The translations under genes were made by a program, and so were the position numbers. Below the pieces are notes generated by a model. The model was not told the origin of the DNA. It worked only from the letters and a program-made list of their open reading frames with translations, and searched no databases. From Lepidodermella squamata (taxonomy: Eukaryota > Animalia > Gastrotricha), in assembly GCA_047495785.1 (NCBI GenBank), contig JBLDXI010000028.1:1905462-1969461 (forward strand): a stretch of DNA of 64,000 nucleotides. The letters run 5' to 3'. Each line of letters starts with the position of its first letter. Position 1 is the first letter of the stretch. Below are positions 1 to 12,095 of this stretch, in pieces.

Positions 1-1463
1 CTCATTGACGTCAGCTTTGTAGAATCAACGAAACGCCTATTGAGCAAAAGCTTCACGTTTCACCGCGTTGTTACTCATGTGGAGAAATTGGATGCCAAGG
101 TAAGTTTTTATCGCTTATTTCGTATCAAAACTTCATTCCCTACAATATCCAGGAATATATGTACTGGGAATTTCATCAATCAGCGAAAAATGGGAAAACT
201 GAAAACTTCAAAGATTTGCTAAGCAAGGTTCCGGAAGCTGGACTTGATTTGATAATTCGGCATGTAGATGAAACTGATCAAGGAAGAACGGTTCTTCATC
301 AAGCAGTTGCTTCAGGATCTTTGGAAATTTTTCAAATGTTGTCGCCTCGCTTGTCATTTGAAGACTTGAAACAAGGCGATTCCAATGGCGAAACCATCTG
401 CCACCTTGCGGCTAGTTTCCCTGGAATACTTGATCATATCTTGAAAATCGACCCTTCAATCTTACCAGTTCGTGATAAAAAGGGTCGAACAGTTTTGCAT
501 TTGATGGCTTCTAATGGCAGAGTCCCCATCAGTGCTGTTGAGAATTTCAAAGCAATAGTTGACTTGGTTGATTCCGGTAAGAACACTGCTCTTCTTGTCG
601 CATGCGAAAAGGCTAACTCGCAAATGGTCAAGTTTCTCTTGGAAGTTGGCGCAAATATGCGGTTGTCAAGGGGAGCCATGATGCCAATTCACGTCGCCGC
701 AAGTAATAATCACGTTGAAGCTGTGAGAATGATAGCGAGCAAGGATGCTACTATGTTGGATGCTTGTAGTGAAACTGGCTACACTGCTTTTCTGGCCGCT
801 TGCTTCAAGGGTAGTGTTGACGTAATGAAGGAATTGTTAGCAACCTGTCGAAATCAAAAGCTCAGTACGCTTTCTGCGATCCATGTAGTCGTTTATAGTT
901 GCAAAGTCGAAGCTGTTGCGCTTCTCGTCGAAAACGGCTTCGATGTGAATTGCAAACAAAATTCCGTAATGACAGCCTTCTTCCGCGCTGTTGAGAGTGG
1001 CAGCTTACCTGTTGTAAAATATATAATTGAGAAATGCCCAACGGCTTACAGCGAAACGGCACTGCATTACGCCGCTTCTTGTAAAAATGACGATACTGCT
1101 ACGGCAATGATTTCCTATTTCATTGAGTCTCATTCAACGCCTGTTAATCTGAAAGCTTCTGTAAAAAAGCAGCCGCCAACTACTGCGTTGATGATTTGTG
1201 CCGAAGCTAATCACGTTCTAGCGTTTGATTATCTCATCAGCAAAGGAGCTGATCCAGTTATTGTTGACGATAGCGGGAACAACGTCCTTCATATTGCGAT
1301 TGAAAAGCTGTCTCGTGATGTGATTGAAAGCATTCTGAAACTTCCTGTTGCTGGACAGCTGTTGCGAAGCAAAAATGGATCTGGCGTCACGCCAATCGTT
1401 GTTTCAAAGCCCAATTTTCCCGATGATCTTATCGAACGAATGCGTCAAGTCATCGCGGCTTGA
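1..1463 (+). CDS. TRIM-like ankyrin-repeat gene 1 (subfamily A), 5'-partial; last exon 153-1463 encodes ~12 ankyrin repeats
   Basis: Intron 100-152 (GTAAG...CAG). Ankyrin motifs (TVLHQAVASG, TALLVACEKA, NVLHIAIEK). Close paralog of the last exon of gene 4, which carries the RING/B-box N-terminus. Confidence 0.85.
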
Positions 1464-1754
1464 ATTTACACATTTTTAATGAGCTGAATTGTTTTCTAAT
1501 GCTCCTATTGCTGAATGCTTAAATCTAAAATTAAAAACATGAAACATACATATAGGAATCCCATTAGCTTTTCTCAGTTGATTCGTTATCGGTCCGTCAT
1601 TTCATTTCATTTATTTATTTAGGTATTTATTTACTCAGTATAAATCCCATTATTGAGAGCTCGAATTATGAAAAGTGGCGAGTGAAAGAAACAATATAAG
1701 GCAGAACAGTTCCTGTATGTTCAGGGCGTTTCTTGAGTCGCAACAATCTGGCTT

Positions 1755-2430
1755 ACTAACTGTGAACAAGTCAAGTGCAATTACTAGTGTGATGGCGTCG
1801 GGGGTCGGAGGCTTCGCCTATGCCGCATCGAAACGTTACCGTAACCAAATGGACGTTGCGTTTCCGAGCACCCTAGGCATAAGGCCATGGCTAACTCTGG
1901 CGCTTGCTTGACCGTTAGCTCGACCGCATAGCATGGGTATGATCAATGACTGAAAGTGCCCTCTGGTGATCTGGTGATCGTGATCGTAGGGGAAGTCGCG
2001 TTATTCGCGTTTGATGTTGCTTTCGTTGTCGCTGTTGGTTGACGTGAAACCAGGGGCGAAACATTCGAACCACGTGTTACGTTAGCCAAGTTGCCCTGCC
2101 ATTTCTCTCGAAAGTTGGCGATAAGCGACTTACTCTTAGCGACTTCCTGACTATTTAGCCAGAAGAAAGTGTTTCATAGCAAATACCCTGAATGTTCGGG
2201 GAGCGTGCGAGTTGTAGGCATGCAATGTCATTACGCAGTAGGCCTCAGATCGGCTGTCGCTCTGATTCGAGTGACAGGTTTTTGGTTCCGCTTACGTAAA
2301 TTTGGCCCTGGCAAGAGGCGGAAAAGTAATAGTAAGCACGAATGAGATAAAAGTAAGTTATTATTCCTCGCCAATGTTTAACTCCAATGTAGTGACCAGG
2401 TCGGGCCGGGTCACGCTCAGGATCAGGCGG
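1755..2430 (-). mobile_element. Degenerate Mutator-like (MULE) transposase relic, copy 1
   Basis: Minus-strand translation near 1990-2072 gives WFECFAPGFTSTNSDNESNIKRE, resembling the W-x-x-G-x-P-S-T-N-N-x-x-E motif of animal MULE transposases. Stops and frameshifts present. Homologous to 7170-8185. Confidence 0.45.
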
Positions 2431-3990
2431 ATCATTTAGTATTTATTTATTTAACGAGATTGAATCCAGTAAGAAAGCTTAAGGAATCATTATAGGAGAA
2501 AGAAGGTGCAATTCACAAGTGTTCGGTCAGAGTCTCGGGAGATCCGTTTCCCTTCTATTTCATATTCCGTTTTACAATTATTTGTTGGAAAAAATAAATG
2601 GCAGGCTGAGCAGGTGGTTGTACGTCAACTGGTTGATGCATTCTGTGCATCAGGGGGCAGAGAGTTGAAAAGCACCACTCCTCTGTAAGCTAGCGTCTTT
2701 TGAGGTTGCTGCGATGATAAGGCGGGAACGACTAGCCGGCCGCGGAAGACGGTACGAGTCAGGTGCTGGTTTGCCTCTAGCGATTAGTGCCTCGCAGTGA
2801 CTAGATACTGATTTAACTCCGATGTGAGACTCGGCAAAGACGAACACGCAGGACAGACGGATTTTCTGTACCGATTGAAGATCAGCAAATCGGATCGGCT
2901 GAACAATTCAAGTAAATGTCAATAATCTTCCAAAAGAATTACGATGGGTTAGATTGAGCTGTCGTCGAAGCCGCTTGTCAGTTATTTGTGTGATAATTTA
3001 TGGGCTTGTTCTTATTATTCCTCGTCAATGTTGGACTCGATTTCTGAGCTGATAAGTCCACCCCGGGCGAATGGAAGAATGTTTGAATAGGCCGCCTAAC
3101 GTAGGCTCCTGTTGATCATTTATAGCGCGGTTGGGATGGTCAGCACTTCGTAATGCTTTGCGCTTTCGAGATAACAGAGTAATCGAGAAGAATCGCACGA
3201 TCTTGGGTGACGAGGCCGGATTCGAGTAGACATCGGCTCCACAGCGCGTTTTCTACTAATGATAAGCCTTGGCAACGGCCATACTAGAAATTTCAACAGC
3301 GCACGCTGCCGAAGCGCCACCAGGCAACTAGAGCTGAAGCAATGATGAAAATGAAAACAGCGATCGCTGCTGCGGCTGCGGCCGAAGGTGAAATGGATGG
3401 AGTAGCTACAGAAAGAGCCGTATATCACGCGCTGGAGCAAGCTAGCGCCGTTAGATCATCCGTAGCCTCTGGCGAATAGAGGATAGAGGATGTTGAGCCT
3501 AGTTTCGTTCAGCAGTGGGTTGCTTGAAAACAGAAACATAAACGCCGACTCGACTCAGGCCAACGTCAATCTCGGCTCTCTGACGATTCCAGTGACTCCC
3601 GGATTTGAATATTACTTTGTCATGAAGAGTCAATGTTTCAAGCCGGAGATGCTTTACTGTTTCATTGGAAATAACCAGAATACTGAAAATGATACATCTA
3701 CGCCTTATTATAGGCCACAGCTATGACTAATGAGGGAAACGCAATAGAAGCCAAGTTATAAATGAGCTGATACTACAATGGCCAAATGCCAAACAATCAT
3801 GAACAACAATATCATGAATCACAACAATAACTAATCGTTACATACTTTTACTTCCACGCATTGACGCAAATAGAGGATTTAGCATCCCACATCAGCATAT
3901 GGATCTAGACATAGTTTCACGTGCCCCACTTCCTGTGAGGAACATTTCTTGCTGATTCCTACTTTTAGTTTATTATTGATATTGTGGATA

Positions 3991-6690
3991 ATGGCTGATG
4001 CAAAACCGAAGTCTGTCCGGAGTTCGATTGTTGAGGTACCTAATCATTTTAAAAACCTGTTGCAAACATTTATAGTGAGTATGTTTTCAGGCTTTGAGGT
4101 GCACCGTATGCTTGGAACTGAGCCCTGAAGTTAAAATGCTGAATGAATGCGGTCATTCGATTTGTGCCACATGTCTCTCTAAGCTGAACGAAGATAACAA
4201 GAAATCGGTATTTTGCCCTGAATGCAGAACTGAGACTGTTCTGCCGAAGAATGGTCTCGCAGCTCTGCGGACAAATTTTGCCGTGAAAAGAGCAATCGAA
4301 GCTTTAAAAAGCGATGAGCCGATTGATACGAAGAAGAGAAAATTAGGCGAAGGCTGCAATCATCTGGCGTTCGTTGAGAAAGATGAGATCACACGGTGCA
4401 AACACTGCAGAGAGGACTTCTGCGAGAACTGCTACCGGTGTCACCTGGAAAAAATACGCCTGGAGGCTAGATATGCCAGTTATAACGTAAAAACCCAGCT
4501 TAAAATATCAAAATATACCTATATTCATTTATATTCAGCTTCGAGAAACTTTCACCTCGTCGATGACCTGCGTTAGAAAACGGTGCCAAATCATTCGCTC
4601 GAAAATTGAAAGCGTTTCCGATGCGGTCAATGTGGAGATTGACAGCAGTTGCAGAGCGCTCTTAGAAGCTTTGGAGATAACTATTCAGAAGCGGGCTGGG
4701 CAGCTTAAGGCAAAAACAGCTGAGTTCAAAATGGCCCAGCTCGAAATATTCGAGAAAATGACTTCTAGCGATGAAGCGGATGGATTGCAAGAACTTGAAA
4801 AGCTGGCTTCCGAATGCATCAATGCTTCGCTGTTATTCGTCTCAGACAGCAGTATTTTGAAATTTCATGAATTATCAGGAGCGATTCGACGAAAGGTTGG
4901 AAACCCTGCTTTACAACTTGGTTTTTACAAATTTTTCTAATTTTAGTGCGGTAAGCTGATGCGATACGAGCGTGACGAATGGAATCCTTCTGAGGTCAAA
5001 TTAACGTGGCCTGAATCTGATCTTGTCAAAACATTTGCGGACATCCTGACCAAGACAACCGACGTTGATTCTACACCTGTGGCTATATATGAAGCAATAA
5101 GGACGGTACATTTTACGGCTTTTCCTGATCTTTTCTCTCTATATCTGGTTCAATAGCGCGATTCGCGATTTCATTATAGCTATAGTAAATTTGATTTTCT
5201 ATTGTTTTTGCATTTCAGGGCACTGAATACCACGTAATCCATGACGCTGCTCGAACTGGTAGTTTTGAATCGCTTCAAGCGCTCTTCCAGCAAATACCAG
5301 CCGGCTGCGAACCCATCGTTATTGATCATCAGGATGCGCGAGATGGCTATAAAACATTGCTGCTCCAAGCTGCAGCTGACAGTTCGATTGAAAAAGTCGA
5401 ATTTCTTCTGTCAAGACCTAAAATCGATACGCTAGCGATGGATTTCGAACAGCGAACGGCGGCTCACCTTGCTTCGCGAAATGGCAACTTGGCTGTCCTA
5501 AAGCTTTTGCTGGCAAGGGAGCCTAGTTTGAAAGGATTACGTAGCTGCAAATGGTTCAATTTGCTACACGAGGCTGCGAGTGGCGGTCACCTGAATGTCG
5601 TAAAATTCTTGGTGGAAGATGAGAAATTCGACTTGGAAGCCACTGATGAATTGAATGGATATACTGCTGCAATTTTGGCTGCGATTAACGGCAATTGCGA
5701 TGTTGTAAAGTATTTGCTTGAGCGGGGTGCTAATTTCGCCCATCGTGACTCTACAGATGGCGGACTGCCAATAATGCATGCTGCCTGGAATAAAAAACTT
5801 GATGTGGTGAAGCTGCTGTTGAAGAAGAACCCTGATTTCCTGAACCAGGTTGACTCAAAAGGGAGGTCGCTGCTGCGGCATGCAGTTGATGGCGGTGATA
5901 TTAATGTCATAAAGTAAGTCAGATGAGCCAGATGTTTTCGACAAAATGGCCCCGTGGCCCTAAAATCGAATAATTATTCAAGTAGTCGTGATTGTATTTC
6001 ATTTGGGCAAATTTTCAATTTTCCCTGCCTCTCCTCTAATTTAGATGGCTCCTCAAGAAACCTGTCGAAATAGACCGCCTTGATGAAAATGGCGAAACTG
6101 CTCTGTTACAAGCTGCCAGGGAAGGGTATTACGATGTTGTTAAAATTCTGATCGATCACGGAGCAAATATCCAGGCTGAAAATACGAATGCGGAGAAATT
6201 CTACCACGTTTGTGCCGAGTCTGGTAATGTTGATTTATTAAAATTGGCATTTGAGCTGTTTCCTGGCTCCGAATTGTTGCCTGATAATTACGGATTCACG
6301 AGTTTGCACGCTGCTTCTTATGGGAAAGATGCTATAGATTGCTTGAAATTCCTTCTCGAACGCGTCGGTCACGCCATCGATATGCCAACTGAGCCTATGA
6401 AGTGGACCCCTCTGTTGTTAGCTGCGCGACGGGGAAACATTGGAAATTTGGCATTTCTGCTCGAAAACGGCGCTGATATCAAGGCACGCAATAGTAACGG
6501 GAAAAACGTGTTACATGTAGCCATTGAAGAAGAGCAATACAGAGTTGTATCGTTCTTGATCAAACGTCCAGAAGCTGCTTTTTTGTTGAACCAGGCTGAT
6601 GAAAATGGGTACACGCCGTTAAAACTGGCTTACGATGATGAGTGTTTTCCGTCAGAACTGGATGATGAAATGCTAAAATGGCAATTATAG
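3991..6690 (+). CDS. TRIM-like RING/B-box/coiled-coil/ankyrin gene 2 (subfamily B)
   Basis: Exons 3991-4035, 4091-4486, 4539-4895, 4947-5105, 5219-5913, 6045-6690, all with GT-AG introns. C3HC4 RING (CTVC...CGHSICATC...CPEC), B-box-like CNH...CKHC...CENC...H, coiled-coil region, ankyrin repeats. Confidence 0.9.
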
Positions 6691-6829
6691 GTCCATAACT
6701 ATGAGAAATATGTATACGCAGATGATTTTCTTCGCTCTTTTCTACCCGATTTATAAAGCTACTACATTCTTGGTAAATTAATAAATATCTGAAGCATTGA
6801 CCCGATCACTCTTTTTGGTTAATCATGAA

Positions 6830-7175
6830 CACCATTGGCGTATTTTTATTTTATTTCAATTTTAGTGTTTAGAGACAGTGTTTTTGTGATTCTGAAGCGC
6901 GGAATGTGATTGACTTTTGACATACTGGTGCAAAGACATGCTCATAGGGCATAACGAAGGGTAACAAGTGATGAAGTTTTGTGAAATTTATTGATTCTTC
7001 TAAGATTATTAATTGAATACTTTATCCATCAAGTTGCCAAATGGAAGTTGGTATGAATTCGTCGAATACGAGTGGTTCAGCAGTGAAAGCGGTATATTTA
7101 TTAGATGTCATTAGATGTCATTAGATCACTTTTGCGAATTTTAGGTTAACCAACTCGGGCAACTCAAGACTGACT
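6830..7175 (+). pseudogene. Relic of a subfamily-A gene: upstream region, exon 1 and a coiled-coil exon fragment
   Basis: 6830-7095 aligns by eye with 11860-12145 (gene 4 upstream plus exon 1: MEVGMNSSNTS vs MEVRVNSSNTS). CCAACTCGGGCAACT at ~7150 matches gene 4 at ~12867. The rest is absent. Confidence 0.7.
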
Positions 7176-8185
7176 GTGAACACGTCAATGATCGGGGGCT
7201 ACGCCGATGCCGCTTCGAAACATAAGGATAGGTAAAGGGAAGCTGCGGTTCCGACTACCCGGGCATAAGGCCGTGGCTAATTTGTCTGCTCGAGTTGTGA
7301 GGGTGGCGACTGCGGCTCCGGGCCGGAAGAGCCCTTGAGGTAAATATGTCAACGCCGAGGGTCCGATCGGACCTGTTCCTGTTCTTCCGCGTCTTCAGCT
7401 GTCTCCGCTGTCGATGTGGTTGCTGCGATTTTTTTCAGCGCCATCGTAACCTTCAACTTTGTTGTTGCAAATAATCTGTATTTTTTCTGTCGTCCCGTCC
7501 AATGGCATTTGATCGCGATAGGCGAAGTCGCGTTTAATAATTGCACTGTAGCTTTTGTTACCGTTGTTGGTTGACGGTATACCAGGTGCGATACTGTCAG
7601 GGAAACATTAAGACTTGGCTAGGTACTACTCTATACTTTATTGTGAATGAATCGAACATTGATCGTTGGAATTCAAGGCCTTAAATATTGGCGATACAAT
7701 TCTAAGTCGAACACGCGATCACTTCCTAATTAGATATCACATGAGAATCACAATATTGTTCATAGCCATTGCGTAGAAGCCAGCTGCCAAACGGCACATC
7801 GTTACAGATACCTTTGATCCACGTGTTATGTCACTAGCCATTTTCCTCGAACGTGGGCGATAAACGGCCCAGCCTCGGCGAAATCCGACCATTTAGCCAG
7901 AAACAAGTCTTCAAAGAAAGAATAAGACGTTCGGGGAGCGTGCGATTCGTAGGCAGGTAATATCATTACGCAGCTGGCCTCAAATTGGCTGTGCACTGAT
8001 TCCGCTTACAGTAAATTTGATCCCGGATGAAGTTAATTTTCTTCGTCAATGTTGGTCTCCAAGGTAGCGATCAGGTTGCGCCGGGTCGATCTAAGGATCA
8101 AGCCGAAATTGAGTGACTAGATGATGATGTAGCTTCGATGTGGGACTCAGCAAAGGCGAGCACCCGTGACAGTCGCAGGGACATT
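7170..8185 (-). mobile_element. Degenerate MULE-like transposase relic, copy 2
   Basis: Minus-strand APGIPSTNNGNKSYSAIIKRDFAYRDQMPL (7500-7595) and FLAKWSDFAEAGPFIAHVRGKWL (~7835-7905). Homologous to 1755-2430. Confidence 0.5.
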
Positions 8186-9048
8186 CATGAAACTGTAGAG
8201 AGAAATGTGTGGTTTATTATTAATCTAGTTCGGGTATAATTCCAGCCCACCAGCCCGCAGGCTAAACATGGGCGGCAACGAAGCGAGTTAGCAACCACAA
8301 CCATAACAATCAATTGATCACAAAAATTATGTACATAAAAATCTAAGCGTCCATGGCCGCCAACGCCGGCCGAGTCGAGGCGCCGAAATGCGGCAAGCCA
8401 CCCGCCGCCCATCCACCACCGCCAAACCGACACCGCACCGACAGCCAGCCATCCGCCGCCCGCCTCATCCAGGTCGCGGGCCGGCACCGGCTCCCGAACA
8501 GCACCGACCCGCGCCGGGTCAAACGGGTCCAACATGAAACTTGAATAGGTCGACAGGCAACGGTCGCTTAGCCGCCAGAGCAGGCCAGTGTACGGCAGCT
8601 TCAGAACGAAAGGCAGCCCGCCCCAAGTCAGGCAGGCTCGCACCGCCAGAGAGGCCGCCGGAATAAGCCACAGGGCTTACGCCAGGCAGAAATCGTCGGA
8701 AAAAAGCGCCACCGATGGCGCTGGCATTGCCGGAAAATACGGAATTATAAAATATCCACGAATCGAAATGATTCGACGGCATTAACAAAAAAAACGTGAG
8801 AAGCACGGAGGATGTACAGCTATGTACAGCGAAAACAGCAGCATAGTACATTATAGTCCAGAAAATTTTAAAATGAGTCCTGGATTTAAATGTTTGTATC
8901 ACCTCCATGCATAGGCACAGATAGAGGATTTAGCATCCTACATCACCATCTGGATCTGGGCATAGTTCACGTGCCACGTGCCCCACTTCCTGTGAGGAAC
9001 ATTTTGTAGTTTATTCCTAATTTTAGTCTATTATTGATATTGTGGATA

Positions 9049-11688
9049 ATGGCTGATGCTAAACCGAAGTCTGTCCGGAGTTCGATTTTTGAGGTACCTA
9101 ATCATTATAAACCTGTTGGAAACATCAGTTCTTATGTTTTCAGGCTTTAAGCTGCGCCGTGTGCTTGGAACTGAGACCTGAAGCTAAGATTCTTAACGAA
9201 TGCGGCCATTCGATCTGTGCCACTTGTCTTCCGAATCTGAATAAAAATAACAAAAAATCGGTCTTTTGCCCTGAATGCAGAACTGAGACTGTTCTGCCGA
9301 AGAATGGTCTCGCAGCTCTGCGCACAAATTTCGCCGTGAAAAGGGCAATCGAAGCTTTAAAAAGCGATGAGCCGATTGAAGCGAAGAAGAGAAAATTAGG
9401 CGAAGGGTGCAACCATCTGGCCTTCGTTCAGAAAGATGAGATCACACAGTGCAAACACTGCGAAGAGAACTTCTGTGAAAATTGCTATCGATTTCATCTG
9501 GAAAGAATTCGCCTGGAGGCTAGATACGCCAGTTATAATGTAAAATCTCAGCTTAAAATCTCAGTAAATATATTTTTATTTATTCAGCTTCGAGAAACTT
9601 ACAACTCGTCGATTACCCGCGTCAGAAAGCGGTGTCATATCGTTCGCTCCAAAATTGAAAGCGTTGTCTATGCAATCAATGAAAAGATTGACAGCAGTTG
9701 CAGAGCGCTCTTGGAAGTTATGGAGAAAACTATTCAGAAGCGGGCTGGACAGCTTAAGGCAAAAATGGCAGAATTAAAAAAGACCCAGCTGGAAATTTTT
9801 GAGAAGATGGTTTCAAACGATGAACTGGATGGACTGGATGAACTTGAAAAGTTAGCTTCCGAATGCATCAACGCCTCTCTGTTATTCGTCTCAGACAGCA
9901 GTATTTTAAAATTTTATGAACTATCAAAAGATACTCGACGGAAGGTTTAAAGTTTGAAACCATGCTTCACTTTTTGATTTTATCATTTCTCCAACTGCTA
10001 GTGCGACGAACTGTTGCGATTCGAAAATGGTGAATGGACTTCCTCGGTGGTCAAGTTAACGTGGCCTGAAACCGATCTTGTCAAAAAAATTTCTGACATC
10101 TTGACTAAGGCAACTGATATCAGTTGTACACCTGTGGCAATAGATGAAGCACAATCGGAGGTAAAGATCCGTTTCTGATATATTTCTCTTCACCGACTTC
10201 GATAATGCTGTTATTAAATTAAGAGTGTGGTCCTTTGAATTCTAGAACACTGAATACCACGAAATACATGACGCTGCTCGGACTGGTACTTTCGATTCTC
10301 TTCAATCGCTCTTCGAGAAAATACCGATCGGCTGCGAACCCATCGTAATTCAACATCAGGATGCGCGAGATTATGATAAAACATTGTTGCTGCAAGTTGC
10401 AGCTGAAGGCTCGGCTGAAAAACTAAACTTCCTTCTGTCAAGACTTGGCATTGATACGCTAGCGACTGATGCAGATGGCAGAACAGCATCTCACCTTGCT
10501 TCGCGGAATGGCAACTTGGATGTCCTAAAGCTTTTGCTGGCTAGGGAGCCTAGGCTGAAAGAATTACGTAGCAACGAAGGGTTCAATTTGCTACATGAGG
10601 CTGCGAGTGGCGGTCACCTGAATGTCGTAAAATTCTTGGTGGAAGATGAGAAATTCGACCTAGAAGCCACTGATGAATTGAATGGATATACTGCTGCAAT
10701 TTTGGCTGCGATTAACGGCAATTGCGATGTTGTAAAGTATATGCTTGAGCGGGGTGCTAATTTCGCCTATCGTGGCTCTACAGCTGGCGTCTTACCGATA
10801 ATGCATGCTGCTGCGAATATACACATTGATGTGGTAAAGCTGCTGTTGAAGAAGAACCCTGATTTTCTGAACCAGGTGGACTCAAACGGAAGGTCGCTGC
10901 TCAATCATGCAGTTGGGAGCGGAGACATCGATGTCGTAAGGTTAGCCAAACAAAAAATTAGTCAAAAAGCAGGGGCGTAACTAAGGGGGGCGGGGCAGGG
11001 TAACCCAAATTTTGAAATTTTTATTTATCTTCCCTCTTCTAGATGGCTCCTCAATAAACCTGTCGAAATTGACCGCCGAGATGGCTATGGCGAAACCGCT
11101 CTGTTACGAGCTGCTAGGGAGGGATATTACGACATTGTTGAAATTATGATCGATCACGGAGCTGATGTCCGTGCTGAAACGTCGAAGGCGGAAAAATTCT
11201 ACCACCTTTGCGCCGAGTCTGGTGATGTCGATTTACTGAAATTGGCCCTTGGATTGTTTCCTGGCTCGGAATTGACACCCGATGGTTACGGATACACAAG
11301 TTTGCACTGCGCATCTCATGGGAAAGATGCTATAGATTGCTTGAAACTCCTTCTTGAACGCGTCGGTCATGCTATCGATATGCCAAATGAGCCTGGTAAT
11401 TGGACCCCTCTGTTGTTAGCTGCGCGACGAGGAAACATTGGAAATGTGGAATTTCTGCTTGAAAGTGGAGCTGATATTAAGGCGCGTAATAATGACGGGA
11501 AAAACGTGTTACATGTAGCCATTGAAGAATCACGATACAACATAGTATCATTTATGATCGAACGTTCTGAAGCCGCTTTCTTATTGAACCAGACTGATGA
11601 AAATGGGGATACGCCGTTAAAACTGGCTAGCAACGATGACGATTTTCCGCCAGAAACGTTTGGTAAAATGCAGAAATGGGAATTATAG
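9049..11688 (+). CDS. TRIM-like RING/B-box/coiled-coil/ankyrin gene 3 (subfamily B)
   Basis: Same six-exon layout as gene 2 (MADAKPKSVRSSIFE|gt at 9094). RING CAVC...CGHSICATC...CPEC. Ankyrin exons ~10245-10940 and 11043-11688. Confidence 0.9.
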
Positions 11689-12095
11689 GCTCATTACTAC
11701 GAGAAATGTGAGAAATGTGAGAAATGTGAACAAGCAGCTAATTATTCTCGATCTGTCTTACCCATTTTTCAAAGCTAAAAGTTGATAAACCTCCAATTTC
11801 CAATCGAATAAATCTCCAAATTATTTACCGAAGCATTCATTTTGGTTAAAGATTAACACGATTGGCATATATTTATTTATTTCATTTCGATTTTGAGCCT
11901 AGAGTTTTAGAGTTGGAAGATATTAATAATGTTTGGTGATTCTGAAGCACCGAATATGACTGACATATTGGTGCAAATACATGCCCATAGTTCCTAGTTC
12001 ATTACGAAAAAGGGTAAAAAGTGATGATGATGTTGTGTTCAATTTATTGCTTCGTCTAAGATTTGTGATAAATACTTTATCTATCGAATTGTCTA

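Noticed and set aside
8185-8908. GC-rich ORFs and a hydrophobic minus-strand ORF
   Set aside because: No recognisable family. The CCG-rich low complexity is more like a transposon subterminal remnant.
10970-11000. CAGGGGCGTAACTAAGGGGGG hAT-like terminus in a gene 3 intron
   Set aside because: No matching second TIR or TSD found, so it cannot be delimited.
11700-11730. GAGAAATGT x3 repeat (also GGACCGTGC x3 at ~49816 and ATTAGATGTC repeats at ~7100)
   Set aside because: Short slippage repeats with no spacers; not CRISPR-like.
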